From NCBI GenBank assembly GCA_951406725.2, contig OX597825.1, positions 52,514,001 through 52,578,000 on the forward strand: 64,000 bases of DNA, given 5' to 3'. Below are positions 28,259 to 40,640 of this stretch, piece by piece (within the stretch, counting starts at the first letter, position 1; each line of letters begins with the position of its first letter). Both the position numbers and the translations under genes were made by a program. The notes under the pieces were generated by a model. That model had not been told where the DNA came from and did no database searches. It saw only the letters and a program-made list of their open reading frames with translations. The DNA comes from Octopus vulgaris (lineage: Eukaryota).

Positions 28259-28464
28259 GCGGTGACAATAGAATGAATGATTGTCATATGAGCTTCATTA
28301 GCTTACAGCTGTGAAGATTGTTTGTTCCTTTGTCATCTCATTTTCTTATTACCGCTCTATACTCAATTAACTCTTCATTCTGAAACATATATACATTGAG
28401 TTCTACACCAGGTTATTAGTCTCACAAGCAAAATAACAAAACAATGTACACACACACACACATC

Positions 28465-28960
28465 ATCATCACCATCATCACCTTCATTTAATGTCTTCTG
28501 TTGTCCATGTTGGCATGAGTTGGCTATTTTACTCAGAGCTGGCAAGCTGGAGAGCTTCACCAGGCTTCAGTCTAATAATGCATGGTTTCTATGGCTTGAT
28601 GCCCTTCCTAATGCCAAACTCTTTGCAGAGTGTGCTGGCTGCTTTTACATGGTGCTGCACAAGTACTTTTATGTGGCACCGGCATGAGTACTTTTTATGT
28701 GGCACCAGCACAGGACTCTTGAAAGCCAATTGTCTTCACCAGGATAAGGGGCCTTATCACTTCTGCAGTGGGGTGAAAGTTCTCTTGAGCACAGTAAGGT
28801 GCCAGTCATCTTGGTCCTTTGTCATCTCATCTGAAAGGTTCAGTATCTTGAGGTTCTTCAATACTTTGCCCTATGTCTTCCTGGGTCTCCACTTCCATGT
28901 GTTCCATCTACTTTAAGAGATTGGCACTTCTTTATAAAGCCGTCAGCATCCATCCATATC
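28465..28960 (-). mobile_element. Family C tail joined to RTE LINE 3' sequence
   Basis: Family C tail plus ccagtcatcttggtcctttgtcatctc, which matches RTE relic 9218-9244 (ccaatcatcttggtcctttgtcatctc). Confidence 0.7.
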
Positions 28961-28979
28961 ACAGATAGGCACTTTTTTT

Positions 28980-29205
28980 TAGGGCAGCAAGATTGGCAGC
29001 AACATTAGCATGCCAGGCGAAATGCTTAGTGGTATTTCATCTGCAGTTACATTCTGAGTTCAAATTCCACCAGTGTCGATTTTGCCTTTCATACTTTCAA
29101 GGTCGATAAATTAAGTTACGCACTGGGGGTCGATGTAATTGACTTAATTCCTTTGTCTGTCCTTGTTTGTCCCCTCTATGTTTAGCCCCTGGTGGGAAAT
29201 AAGAT
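28980..29205 (+). mobile_element. SINE family A
   Basis: ttggcagcaacattagcatgccaggcgaaatgcttag...ttctgagttcaaattcc...gtcgataaattaag. Confidence 0.8.
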
Positions 29206-29246
29206 AGGCACTATTTATGGAGCAGATCATTACTTGTTTATATATA

Positions 29247-31130
29247 CTAACAAATCTACCCATCTATGATGGAGGCATTAAATCAGAAAGGAAGTCATAA
29301 CAGCAGTATTTATTGAGAAATGTGCAAATGGACTTGATAGATTACTGGGTGGTGTCTGTAACAGGATCTGGAATCGGTATCACTGAAGGGGTGTCCGATC
29401 TGATCCCGTCACATTCAATTTAGTTAGATATAACAGACGAAGTCAGGTTATCTGGGAAAGACAGCAAATTGTTGTTTATTACTCGTGATGGTGTGCGTAT
29501 TTTCTGAGGGGAAACGACAGCCGAATCTTTGTACTGCTTCTTGTTGGTTGATTGAAGTGATTCGATGTGGTCCGTTGCTAAGCCGGTCTAGAGTTCTCAG
29601 AGACTACCAAATGCACGTCTGTTCACGAGGGCTGAAAGCGCCAGAGAGAGTGAGTGAGTGGACTGTGCCTTAGGGGTCAGTTTCCTGCACATGCGCATGG
29701 GGAAGACTTCCGGTGGCCACCCGAAAGTAGTCCCATTCTGCGCATGCGCGCTGAACCTTACACAGTAGCATCACTACGTGTCTTAGAGAAATCACATTAT
29801 TGTTGGTGATACGACATTCTATTGCAGCTATATGACGTGTTTGCAACTAAGCGACATGTGAGGACTATTAACCCCTGAACTGAAATAGACTCCCAGCCTC
29901 TGTATCATGTTTATGTGGACCATTCCTAATGAAAGCGAGAGCTTCCTTTGACCACTACATAAAAAGTATTAAGAAAATAATGTTATTTAGACATACCTTT
30001 ATTTTAGTTATCTACATTATTTTACATTTGTTTACACTCTTATACATTCAAAGTTCACAAATTTCCTTATTTAAATTATGAATCATATTCCTTTTGATAT
30101 CAATATGATTACAAAACTTCTTTGTAGATGATATTTTTGTTTGGTCGACACTAATTTTCAAATTACTGGAGTTCGTTACTCTACTCATAGTGACCTCTAA
30201 TTGGCCATGTGTAAACATTGGAGTGAGTAAAAATGCACGTACACAATCCAGTGGCTACTGCTGTGGCTTGTTTGCTGTGAATGCATGAGCAGAATCTTTA
30301 GGGTTGCAAAAAATCAAACAAAGACTTACCTCTCACTGTTCTGTGTGAATAATGTCTGGATGTTCTGGTACCATGGGTTATTTTGATTGGCAAAACTGAG
30401 ATGTAAACAACATCCACTTTGATTAACCATTTCGAATCCTGCTCAAGACTGGCTCACTTCAATAACCACTAAATAATCATGCACACTATATACTGACACA
30501 CACTTTTTCCATTTTATTTTCCCTATTAACCATCTTTGCAACCCCCTTTGTATCTATGATGGGGCCATGAACTATACAATGAAAATCCAGAGTTACTCGT
30601 GGTCGGTGAATTTTTTGAAGGTGGTTTAACAATTCAATTTTCGATATCCACCATATAATCATACTTTCTGGTTTTTTAATGCTAAAAACCTTCCTGACAA
30701 CCGTCTTTGTAATCCTGGAAAATATCGTTACCATTATTCCGGCTATCTGGCCATGAAGAGGGAACAAAGAGATGGACAGACAGATGAACATAACACCCAT
30801 TATAGTAAGAAAGCAAATCTGCCCATCTATGATGGGAAATAAAGGGAACGTATCACAAATCTAAACCCTCAAAATTCATGAACTATATGGGCGGGGGTGG
30901 GGGAATCCAGAGTTAATCCTCATCTCTGGAATTGTAACAAGAAAAATCAAAACGGATTCATTAATATAAAACTCAGTATCCACTAAATAATCATACTTTT
31001 TCACATTTTTTCACTAAAAACCTTCCTGACCACCTCCTTCACAATCCCTAAAAATATCGTAACCATTGGTCCAGCTGTTTTACCATGAAGTGAGAACAGA
31101 CAGATGGACATAATGCCCATTATAGTAAGA
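29247..31130 (-). mobile_element. Helitron-type non-autonomous family, two diverged units head-to-tail
   Basis: Minus 5' ends TCTTACTATAATGGG at 30810 and 31130; 3' hairpin ccatc-ata-gatggg followed by (c/t)agatttg(c/t)t at 30811-30836 and 29247-29272; shared aaaaaccttcctgac...aaatatcgt block. Confidence 0.65.
29357..29959. mobile_element. Putative solo LTR, CpG-rich, with promoter-like motifs
   Basis: TGTAAC...CACTACA termini, ~600 bp, CpG retained relative to flanks; TGCGCATGCGC, ACTTCCGG and a minus-strand AATAAA near 29475; no clear TSD. Confidence 0.55.
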
Positions 31131-31132
31131 TA

Positions 31133-31179
<47 letters not shown>

Positions 31180-31182
<3 letters not shown>

Positions 31183-31560
31183 CAAAACAGTGCCCCCACC
31201 GTCCAATGGACAGTGCTGAGTTGTCAAACATTTAAACCAAATTTTCTCAAAACAACTTGTCTGACCGTCCCATTTTGTGGCATTCAAGCCAGCCAGCTTT
31301 TTTTGTGCAAACCGCACATGCATTTTTCTTGCATACGCATAGTATCGATCACAACAGCTGATGTACTTGCACGTACAAATGCACGTTCCCACGGCTTTAT
31401 CGATCACATTCTCACCTGGAATCGATTTTGTCATTTTTTCAAGACTTATACACGCCCTGTTACCGTCAGTATCTACATGTCAAATTTAAGCGCAATCGGA
31501 TGGAGGATGCCCGAGATCCTAGAAGACACACACACAGACAGACAGAACAGATTTTATATA
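31180..31560 (-). mobile_element. Helitron/Helentron-like non-autonomous element flanked by (TA)n
   Basis: CpG-rich insert; hairpin caccgtcca-a-tggacagtg at the left end; acagacagacagaacagattttatata right end resembles that of the Helitron at 27070-27107. Confidence 0.5.
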
Positions 31561-31561
31561 A

Positions 31562-31606
<45 letters not shown>

Positions 31607-32493
31607 TCAGTCATACATTAAAAATGATACATAAATGGATTTTTTACCAGCTTTAATCTCCTCTGAATTATACCTTGTTTTATGTACTTTTAATGCTTTC
31701 TAAGAAAATAACTGTGCTTTTTAAACCCTTTGCATTAAGTCTTTTACCCACTAACTATTGCTTTTGAATTTTGTGTAACGTATCCTCCATATTTCACACA
31801 TTTTCCTTGCAAACTTCATGTTTTGTTCTATCTCTTAGAACCCCTATGGCTAATACAGAAAATATCATTGCTGTTGCTATTACTGATTAGCCGATATTTT
31901 CCTTATTTCTTTGTCATTCATACATCAGTCCTTAATACGATATAATCTAAATGTATATGTATGTGTGTGCATGTGTGTCATAGATATATTATACACAACC
32001 TTTCATGCAAGTGTATAGCATCGATATTGAGTTACATTACTTTGTATATCAAATTAAAGAATAAGATCCAGGAATCAATTATTTTGCACATAGATTTTTG
32101 CCTTCATTATTCCCAGAAATCATTGCTGTCATCATCACCATCCTCTTTATTGTCAATTTTGTGATTTGGTGATATAGTGTCCAGAAGAAAGTGTATCAGA
32201 CTGTAGTTAAGAAAACATCCCTGTTCTCCCAACCAGCAATCATCCATGGTCAAACCTGTAAGTGGATCTGTGTATGGACTAATGAAAAGATGATAAACTG
32301 AAACTGAGAGAGTCTTGTAAGTAATTAACGATAGGTGGGACCATTGTATGAAGTGGGTGTTAGTGTCTTGAAATAGGGCGCCTTATTCTACACTATTGAT
32401 CCTTTCTTTTGTTCCTGGAACCTATCGGATATCCTGGCTGTCGTTTTGCATCTCGCAAATCTTTACAAGCACACACACACAAACACACATGTA

Positions 32494-32535
<42 letters not shown>

Positions 32536-34298
32536 TATTATTATTTACCATACATATATATGTGTATGTGTGAGTTGTGTATATATATAAGGATATATAT
32601 ATGTATATATATGATCGCTAGTTTCTTGTCTCCCTCTACAGCTTAATCATCCGTCTGTTTTAGATTTCAACGAATTTCATTGTTTTCCCTCTATTATCAA
32701 CACAGTTATTACTATTATTATTATCATCATTATTGTTATCATCATCATCATCATCGCCGTCGTCGTCATTACAATTATCATCATGTATGGGTGCGTGTGT
32801 TTGTGTGTCTCCATTTCCTTCAGAAGTTCAAGTAAATTATGTGTCATTGACAGAATAAAGAATTACTTCCAGAGACTGAATAATTCATTACAGTCAGTGA
32901 GACAATGACTAAATAATCTCACATAGTGAACACTCAACTATTACATCACCACCACCACCACTGACACCACCATCAACACCTTAAGCTACACTGATGATGG
33001 AGATTCTGTTGGTTTTGACAATGAGCACTGAGTTGTTCAATCAACTGAAATACTTCTTCATTAAATTATCACTTAAGTGGTTGAGTATTCCAAGGATGAA
33101 GCTCTCCTTAACAAAATTCACAAGCCAAATGAGGGTAGCACAATATGTAATAAGGCTGCACCTTTTAATTATATATATAATCCACCCAATCAGATTTCAT
33201 GTAGTTTCACTCCTAAGGCTGTGATTGATCCAACAAAACGGTAAAAGACATTTGGCCTAGATGTCAAACAGCTGGATTGAACCCAAGATCTTGTGATTGT
33301 AATGCAAACTCATAAGCCTTTACTACACCACTAAAGACTTAATCATGTATGTAGTGTATCTAGGATCAGCTCAGTTGGGCCCTTTGCTGATGGTGCATGT
33401 TAGCAGCATCAATGAAGTTACCATTTTTGTGGAGTGTTTGTTAATCAAACAATTTTCTGGGCAAGACATCAAGTAGTACAGCTCCAGCTCATGTGTTAAG
33501 TAGTTTAGGGAGTGTGGAGTTGCTCCTTAATTATCACTACTCCCAAGTCCACTTTGGTCTGAGATGGCAGTATTGTTAAGGGCCTTAGTTACTGGGTAAA
33601 TAGTGGGAGCTGATCTTGTGGCTAAGGCATGCAGGACTTGGAGAAGGACTGGTCCATACATGTATCACACTGGCCCCACTGATGTTGAGCATGCTCTGAT
33701 GTCATGTGAACCAGTACCACTGTGTAAAGATTATATAGGCCCTGTGACTCAGAGGGAAGCTCATGGAAGAAGGAAACTAGCAGAGTGAACTGTAAATAAA
33801 CTGAAAGAGGGTATAACTCTACTGTAGCTTGTCCCTCCTTCATAACCAGCACTAAAAAAAACAAAAAAACTCGGAAGCTTAAGATTTTGATATAAAGATT
33901 TCTGATTACAGATGTCTGTAGTAATAACACAAGAAGTGAGAGAGTGAGTGAGTGTGTTCAAGACAGGTTAACTAGGCAAAGCCCACAACCTTCTCTAAGC
34001 TATACTACTTAGAACAGAAGCTGAATAGTTGGATTCAGCTCTCTAAATACTTCAAAATCAATTTCAGAGAAGTACTTTAATTTTAGTAAGGAGTTGTTTA
34101 GGCTGAACCAGCAAAATATCAGACAAGAAGACATGAACTGTTTATCCTTTGCAACATTATTATCAGTCTGAATATGCTCAACGTACATTCAAACTGGGGA
34201 ACAAGCTACTCACTGCATTTTGTCACAGAGAATATATCTCACTTGTTGACAAATGGTGTGTATACATTTAGATCAGCTCGCAGCACCACCTACTTAGA

Positions 34299-34346
34299 CT
34301 GTGAAATATTAACATTTCAGAGTAGTTGTCTCCTCATCAGTTACAG
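34299..34346 (-). ncRNA. Minimal type-I hammerhead ribozyme, core intact
   Basis: Minus strand ctgtaa-CTGATGA-ggag acaacta ctct-GAAA-tgttaata-TT-tcacag; the consensus of both arms gives palindromic stem III ATGTTAACAT and perfect stems I and II. Confidence 0.75.
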
Positions 34347-34403
34347 ACACTAAGACAAATGGTGTGTATTCACCTAGATCAACTCGCAGCACCACCTTAG
34401 TGT

Positions 34404-34451
34404 CTGTGATTGATGAGGAGACAACTACTCCAAAATGCTAACATTTCACAG
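34404..34451 (+). ncRNA. Mirror hammerhead copy with core mutations (probably inactive)
   Basis: ctgtga-TTGATGA-ggag acaacta ctcc-AAAA-tgctaaca-TT-tcacag (C3>U, G12>A). Confidence 0.6.
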
Positions 34452-35337
34452 TCTAGGTAGGTGGCACTGCGAGTTGATCTAGGTGTATACACACCATTTG
34501 TCAACAAGTGAGATATATTTTCCATGATAAAATGTAGTGTGTAACTTGTTCTCCAGTTTGAACGGGCATCAAACATGTTTGGACTGTTGATAACATTGCA
34601 ATTTCATTTATCACTGCTTAGTGCTTCTCTTACATGTTTATCCTTTGTCCAGCAGTGAAGATGGCACAACTGTACATGACATATGCAAATAAACACTAAC
34701 ATTGTCTTCTTAATGATCAAAATTCCATGTCTTTCTACATAACTATCACAGCACTTTACTATGATGTTTACATGCAGCAGGAGTCATTGGGTGATTTATG
34801 CAAGTATTTTGTTCTTTTATTCAATAATCCAAATACATTGACATCATTTTTCAAAATTTATCACCTCAACTATAATATAATTGATCAATATTGATTATAT
34901 CTAGCCATGCTACCCTATACCATAACATCATATCCTACCACTTTCACATCTTACTATATCCTCATCATATTCCACTCCATCACACTACAGAACATCACAT
35001 CCCATCTTACATCCTGCCACACCAAACCCTACCTCTCAGCGACAACCAGTTCCACACTACGTCATAGTTCAGTTCTTATTTTAGTGATGACACTTCTCTC
35101 ATGCAACCATGTATCCTGAATCACTGATCAACTGTGTCAATATGGACACTCACACACACTTGTGCACACAGGTCTTCCGTGCAATTTCTGTCAACAAAAT
35201 TCCATTCACAAGGAATTGGCTAAATAAGGGAACAAAGACACTTGTCAGAAACAGAATTAAGCACCAGGTGTTTGCAAAGTCAACATCTTAATTAGACAAA
35301 TATGAGTCTGTCTGTCTCTTTCTCTCTCTCCCTGTCT

Positions 35338-35373
<36 letters not shown>

Positions 35374-35729
35374 CACAAACACCTTCATATATAAATAATA
35401 TACAAGTGCACCAATATGATCCTAAATACATATTGTTGGAGGGCCGATGACTCTCCTGAGTTCATCTGCACTTTGATAGGTTTGGTAGGTTTACCAGCTC
35501 AGTCACTGACGAACTGACCATTAAACAGTTTGTACTGGCTAACACAGAATAAGATGAGCTTGTGAATGCATGCATGTGTGCATATGTATGTGTATGTTTC
35601 CTTTTATCTCTCAACAATAAGTCTGTCCTTTTCTTTAATACCATTCAATTTTGGAGAATTCTTGAATCATAATCTCAAATGAAGTTGGTCTTAACTGCCA
35701 TTTAGCAATAAGGATTCTGGAGCTACAAG

Positions 35730-36720
35730 GCATATCTATCTGACTGGTTGGGCTGAAGGCAGCCTTGTATACTGGAACAATGAGCACTGTTCTGATTGAG
35801 TAGGAGGCATAGCATCTTATTTTTGTCAGTTAGATCTCGGGTGTGTGAGGGTTGTGTTTTGGATCCCACTCTAGTCAATGTCTGCATGGACTGGATACTT
35901 GGTCAGATGTAGGTTCAGTAGAGTTGTGGAGCACTCATTGGTAAAACTAGGATTACTGACCTAGATTTTGCCAATAATGCAGTTATTCTTGCTGAGTTTC
36001 TGGATTAATAAGTGTGAGGAAGCAGTACCACATGGCCTTAGAATTTCTAAAATCATTTCAAAGATCCAGTTTTTTTTTGGTGGACTTCATCTTATCTGTT
36101 GTGGGTGAGAATGTCAAAAGTGTTGACTGCTTCACTTACCTTGGCAGTGTAATCTATAACAGCATTAGATATGACTCCAAAGTCTTAAGAATTGGACATG
36201 CTGGTGCAGTTGTGAACTCACAGGAGAAGTGTGCTTGGCACTGCCAATATTTGAGCAGGGGGACAAATATTTGGGTCTTCAAGTTTTAATCCTCCCTACC
36301 TTGGTCTATAGTTAAGAGTCTTGGACATAGTTTGGGGCCCTTAAGACCTGACTAAACTCCGTTGAAACCAGGATGCTTCACAGGATTATAGTTTACCATG
36401 GGTTAGATTTCATATCCAACCCTTGACAATACATGGAAACTGGATGTGCCTTGTTACTGGTATGATTTGGGAATGTCAGTTCAGACTGTCTGATCCTGTT
36501 TCTTGGCTTTTTGAGTTGGATCTTGTGTATCATGCTCTCATTTCTGGGGATTTGGCTGGGATGATGGCTTACATGTCACAGCAGATGAGGAAGTCCCTTC
36601 CAGAGATGGAGACTGACTGGAACACTGCTTGGAGAGTTGCTTGGAATGACCCAAGGAAATATCAACAATTGGTTGATGCAGTGATCTGTTGCAATGGTGC
36701 ATGCCCCCACACTTGAGCTG
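35730..36720 (+). mobile_element. RTE-clade LINE RT to 3' fragment, decayed
   Basis: Peptides SGVCEGCVLDPTLVNVCMDWIL, ITDLDFANNAVILAE (decayed FADD), VDCFTYLGSVI, LRIGHAG. Confidence 0.8.
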
Positions 36721-37155
36721 ACCTGTAATAAAATAACAATCACAGATGCAAAACAATTACTTTTAGCACAGATAACTATTTCCATGCAAAAAAAAAAATA
36801 TCTTTTCCACTCTACTGTCAATTTTCACAAAAATCAGAGCACCTGTTGCAACACTAAACATTTGGATAAAGAAACCACTCTACAGTATTTCCTGCTCAAT
36901 TCTTACAAGACAGAGTTTTGATTTAGAAAATTTTCAAAATCTTCAATGCAATGTTAAAAGTTAACATATAAACTTTCTTTTTGTGTTTTAAGTTATATAG
37001 AGGGCAGCAGCAGTAGCAAAGTACCAGAATCATGAGAACATAGACACTTTACAGTTTTTACTTACATGTGGTTTCAAATCCTGCTGGGGTTGATGCTTTC
37101 CCTCAGTCTTCATATATTGTTATCAATAACAGCTACTGCTAAAATAATGGGTCTA

Positions 37156-38004
37156 TGAAGTGGTGTCAAAAGGTTCCCAGACTAGTTCTGTAGTGCACCA
37201 ACTGATGACAGCACACAGTTGTGTGTGTGGAGTTCGAGCTGCTGGATACCTTTGTAAGGTAGTGTGCCAAGTGACATTGCTCTGTTTACTTCACAAGTTG
37301 TAAAAGTTGTGTTTATGTCATCATGTGTATGCTGTAGTCTGCGATTTTTGTCATGGACAGGAAGTTGGAACAAAGAGCCAACCTGAAATGTTGCTTTACA
37401 CTTGAGAAGTCAACTACAAAGACATTGTGCATGCTTTGGCAAGCTTATGGTAATGGGTTGTATGCAATGTTTTGGGCAGCATCTGGAAGGCTGCCACAAG
37501 CTTTACCCCAAGAAATGTGGAGAAAATTCATCAGCTTGTGCATGAGGACCATCAGAGGATAATCAATGATATTTTGAAGCATTCAAGGGAGGACATTCGG
37601 CTAAAGCAACAAGATCTGTAGAGCACAAAGAATTGGATTCTTCATGATGACAATGCACCCTGTCCCCAAGCTCTCCTTTCTTGCCAAAAACAATATATCA
37701 CATCCACATCCACCCTGTTCACCAGATTTTACATCTGTGGACTTTCATCTCTTCCCCAAGATGAAAATGCATCCCAAAGGTTGCCATTTTAACACTGTTG
37801 TTGAGATTAAGAACAAATCCCAGAAGGTTCTTGACTTCCTTACAGAAAATTACTTCCAGGTCAGATTCCAAAAGTGGCAGGAACAGTGAAACTGGTGTAT
37901 TGCTGTGCAAGGTGACTATTTCAAAGGAGATAATGTTAACTCAGGTAAATAGTTAGTCTTTTATGAAACATAACTAGTTTGAGAATTTTTTTGATACCTC
38001 CTTG
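37156..38004 (+). mobile_element. Internally deleted mariner transposon
   Basis: TIR-like ends ggtgtcaaaaggttcccagactagtt / aactagtttgagaatttttttgatacc; MDRKLEQRANLKCCFTLEKS, WILHDDNAP, HPPCSPDFTSVDFHLFPKMK. Confidence 0.85.
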
Positions 38005-39324
38005 TGTTTAATCAACTATACTACTTACTTCTTTCTTCATTTATGACTGTGTCAAAGTCTCAAATCCATGTATATGAGGCAGTAACAGTGTTATTGAAAC
38101 AGAATTTAACAATGTGAATCCACAATCTACATAAGTCAATTTTGCTTTTGGTGTCAATAAAAGAAGACAGCGATATCTTGGACTCAAATTACTTGTTTGT
38201 ACCATCTTCCTAGTCTTTTTGTCTGTGTACTAGCATTGCTGTTACGTAACCCCAAGTTAACCATCTTCAGCAAGCCTGTACTCAAAGACATTCTAAATCA
38301 ATGGTTCTCAACAGCTTTGACATGGCCCTTGGAGGTCCTCATAAGATTCTGTTGCTAAAGTTTACATACAATAAATTGGTTATACTTTTACAATACACAA
38401 ACTGTTTTAACAAGTTTTTTTTTATAGAATTCCAAATGATATTTAATTGTTAAAACATAATGAGATTTTTTAAACTTCCCATGATTATGGAGGTTCAGTA
38501 GGGTAAAATATGAATTAAAGGGGTTCATGGATAAAAAAACGTTTGCAAAATACCGTTCTAAATCATTAGCACCATTAAATTATCAAATGATTCTCTTTTT
38601 GAAGGTGCCTTGATGTGATATGAAGAAAATTTGACTGCTATTTTATCTGATTACAACAACTTTGATGTCTAATTTTGCCTTTGGCTAAAATCAGCAGAGA
38701 AATCCGACCTACATTTACATCATAGAATATTTAGCACAGTCATGTCACCAAAAACTGGCTTCATGTCTTTGTTGGCAACAACATCTGTTAATTCATCGTG
38801 AGACATTCTTTAGTCTGTAGTGAAAACAATATTTAATTTATAAGGAAGCAGGAATTAAATTCTGATAGTCTTCTTTCCAAGTAAGCGATCTCCTGTTACC
38901 TGTAACCCCACTATATAAAAGCGATAAACCCTCCAGGCAGTTATTCACAGCACTAAATAAACTCCTACTTATAAATTTAAACATGGCTAAGCATTTAAAG
39001 CAAAATAAACTTTGTGAATGCTAGCATGCAAAACATTTAATTCTTCTATGTATGATTGCACAATAGATATTAAACAGTTAAGTAGCTACAATATTGAACT
39101 TCTAATAGGTTTTGTGTTCAAATCCACTGAAGGAGTACATCTACGATATATCTGGCACAGGGCAATATTTTTACCTGAAGATTTTTATCTGCCTCAGACT
39201 AAGATATTTTTAGAATACTTTTGAGTTTACAGATCTAAGAACATTGTTATATTTAAAACTGCCTTTTACATTTGTTGTCATTTTCCATCAGTTATCTAAC
39301 CCTATCTATGTACATGTGTGCATC

Positions 39325-39540
39325 TTATTATTTACTTGTTTTAGTCATTAGGCAGCAGCCATGCTGGAGCATTGCCCTGAAGAAATGTTAGTCATATGAC
39401 TCCAGTACTTAATATTTTTGCAAAGCCTGGTACTTATTCTCTCATTCTCTTTTGCCAACCCGCTAAGTTATGGGAACATAAACACACCAACATTGATTAT
39501 CAAGCAGTGATTAGGGACAAACACAGACACTAAGACATAT
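39325..39540 (-). mobile_element. SINE family B 3' half
   Basis: ttacttgttttagtcatt...gccatgctggagc...cgctaagttatggg...aacacacc. Confidence 0.75.
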
Positions 39541-40058
39541 ACATATATATGTATATATATATATAGGTTTAAGAGATAGAATCACCCTCAAGCAACTCAA
39601 TCATCATTGAATGACATTATCCACAATAGGTACATATAGGACTAAATATGAAAATTGTCAAAATTAATACCTACAATTCTTATTTCAAATCATATACTTT
39701 ACTACGCACATTTCATGACAACATATTCCTCGATATTGCTGAAATAGAATGTCTCTAAATACAATACCATATTAAAACGATTATATTGCTAATCTTCAAG
39801 TCTATCATATATGAACTTATGTTGCTATTGACATCCTATATAAAGACATAACCAACTAAAATTATATAACTAGAAGTTGTTGGAAGAATTTTACTTTAGT
39901 AAATACTGAACAGAAATGTGGAATAAAAATACAATAAACAAATTTTTTTTGAAAATTGTATATTATGTAATGGTTGGCCTGGATAGGAATTGAGCTGAAA
40001 GTATAAATGGAAATAAATATCAGAGGAGTTATAGCTTTAGACCAAATCAGCTCTCTGT

Positions 40059-40455
40059 AGTAAAGATTGTTTGCCAACATAATATGGCAGTCCTGATTTA
40101 GGATGAATGTTGCTGTAATTTAGCTCTAGGAGACATCGTCTTCAGCTGGCTCTACAACATGATCTGTGTCCTTATATTTTCAAACAAGGGAATCTGGCAT
40201 CCCTACTCAGCTCAAAACAATATCTGTGTATCGCGATTCCTGGGTTATTTCTCTTCATCAGCACAGAATAACCCAAAAATTGTGATATGCAGATATAGTT
40301 TTGAGTTGAGTTGGGGTGCGAGATTCCCTTGCTGATAATATAAGGACACAGATCATATTGTATAGCCAGCTGGAGACGATGTCTCCTGGGGCTAAATTAC
40401 AGCAACATTCGTCCTAAACTAGGACTGCATTTTATGCTAGCAAACAATCTTTACT
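40059..40455. repeat. Fold-back element, ~190-bp inverted arms, 17-nt loop inside an HHR motif
   Basis: agtaaagattgtttgc...tgggttatt | tctcttcatcagcacag | aataaccca...gcaaacaatctttact. Confidence 0.9.
40224..40266 (-). ncRNA. Degenerate minimal type-I hammerhead motif
   Basis: Minus strand ctgtg-CTGATGA-agagaaataaccca-GGAA-tcgcga-TA-cacag; perfect stem I and palindromic stem III ATCGCGAT, but GAAA>GGAA and a poor stem II. Confidence 0.6.
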
Positions 40456-40599
40456 TCAAAGTACTGCTGCTGAATACCTCACAACGTGAGATTTAAATAT
40501 AGTAATTTTCCAAATCAGCTGTCATTGAGAAAACTTGTAAAACAAGAGCATGACAGACATGACCTGTCTGTCTTTTATTTATTCTTGCATGTTTAATGA

Positions 40600-40640
<41 letters not shown>

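Larger units (their letters stand above)
34149..34601. repeat. Fold-back element, ~205-bp inverted arms, each carrying an HHR motif
   Basis: Arms 34149-34354 and 34396-34601 are reverse complements differing mostly by transitions; the loop duplicates 34248-34290. Confidence 0.9.

Noticed and set aside
32612-32660. Minus-strand CGGATGA...GAAActag as an HHR relic
   Set aside because: Core mutated, and stems I and II cannot be formed convincingly.
35500-35540. CTGACGA plus hairpin as a hammerhead
   Set aside because: No GAAA after the stem. Other CTGATGA hits (738, 5787, 7351, 21090, 26242, 37202, 52367) also lack the core and stems.
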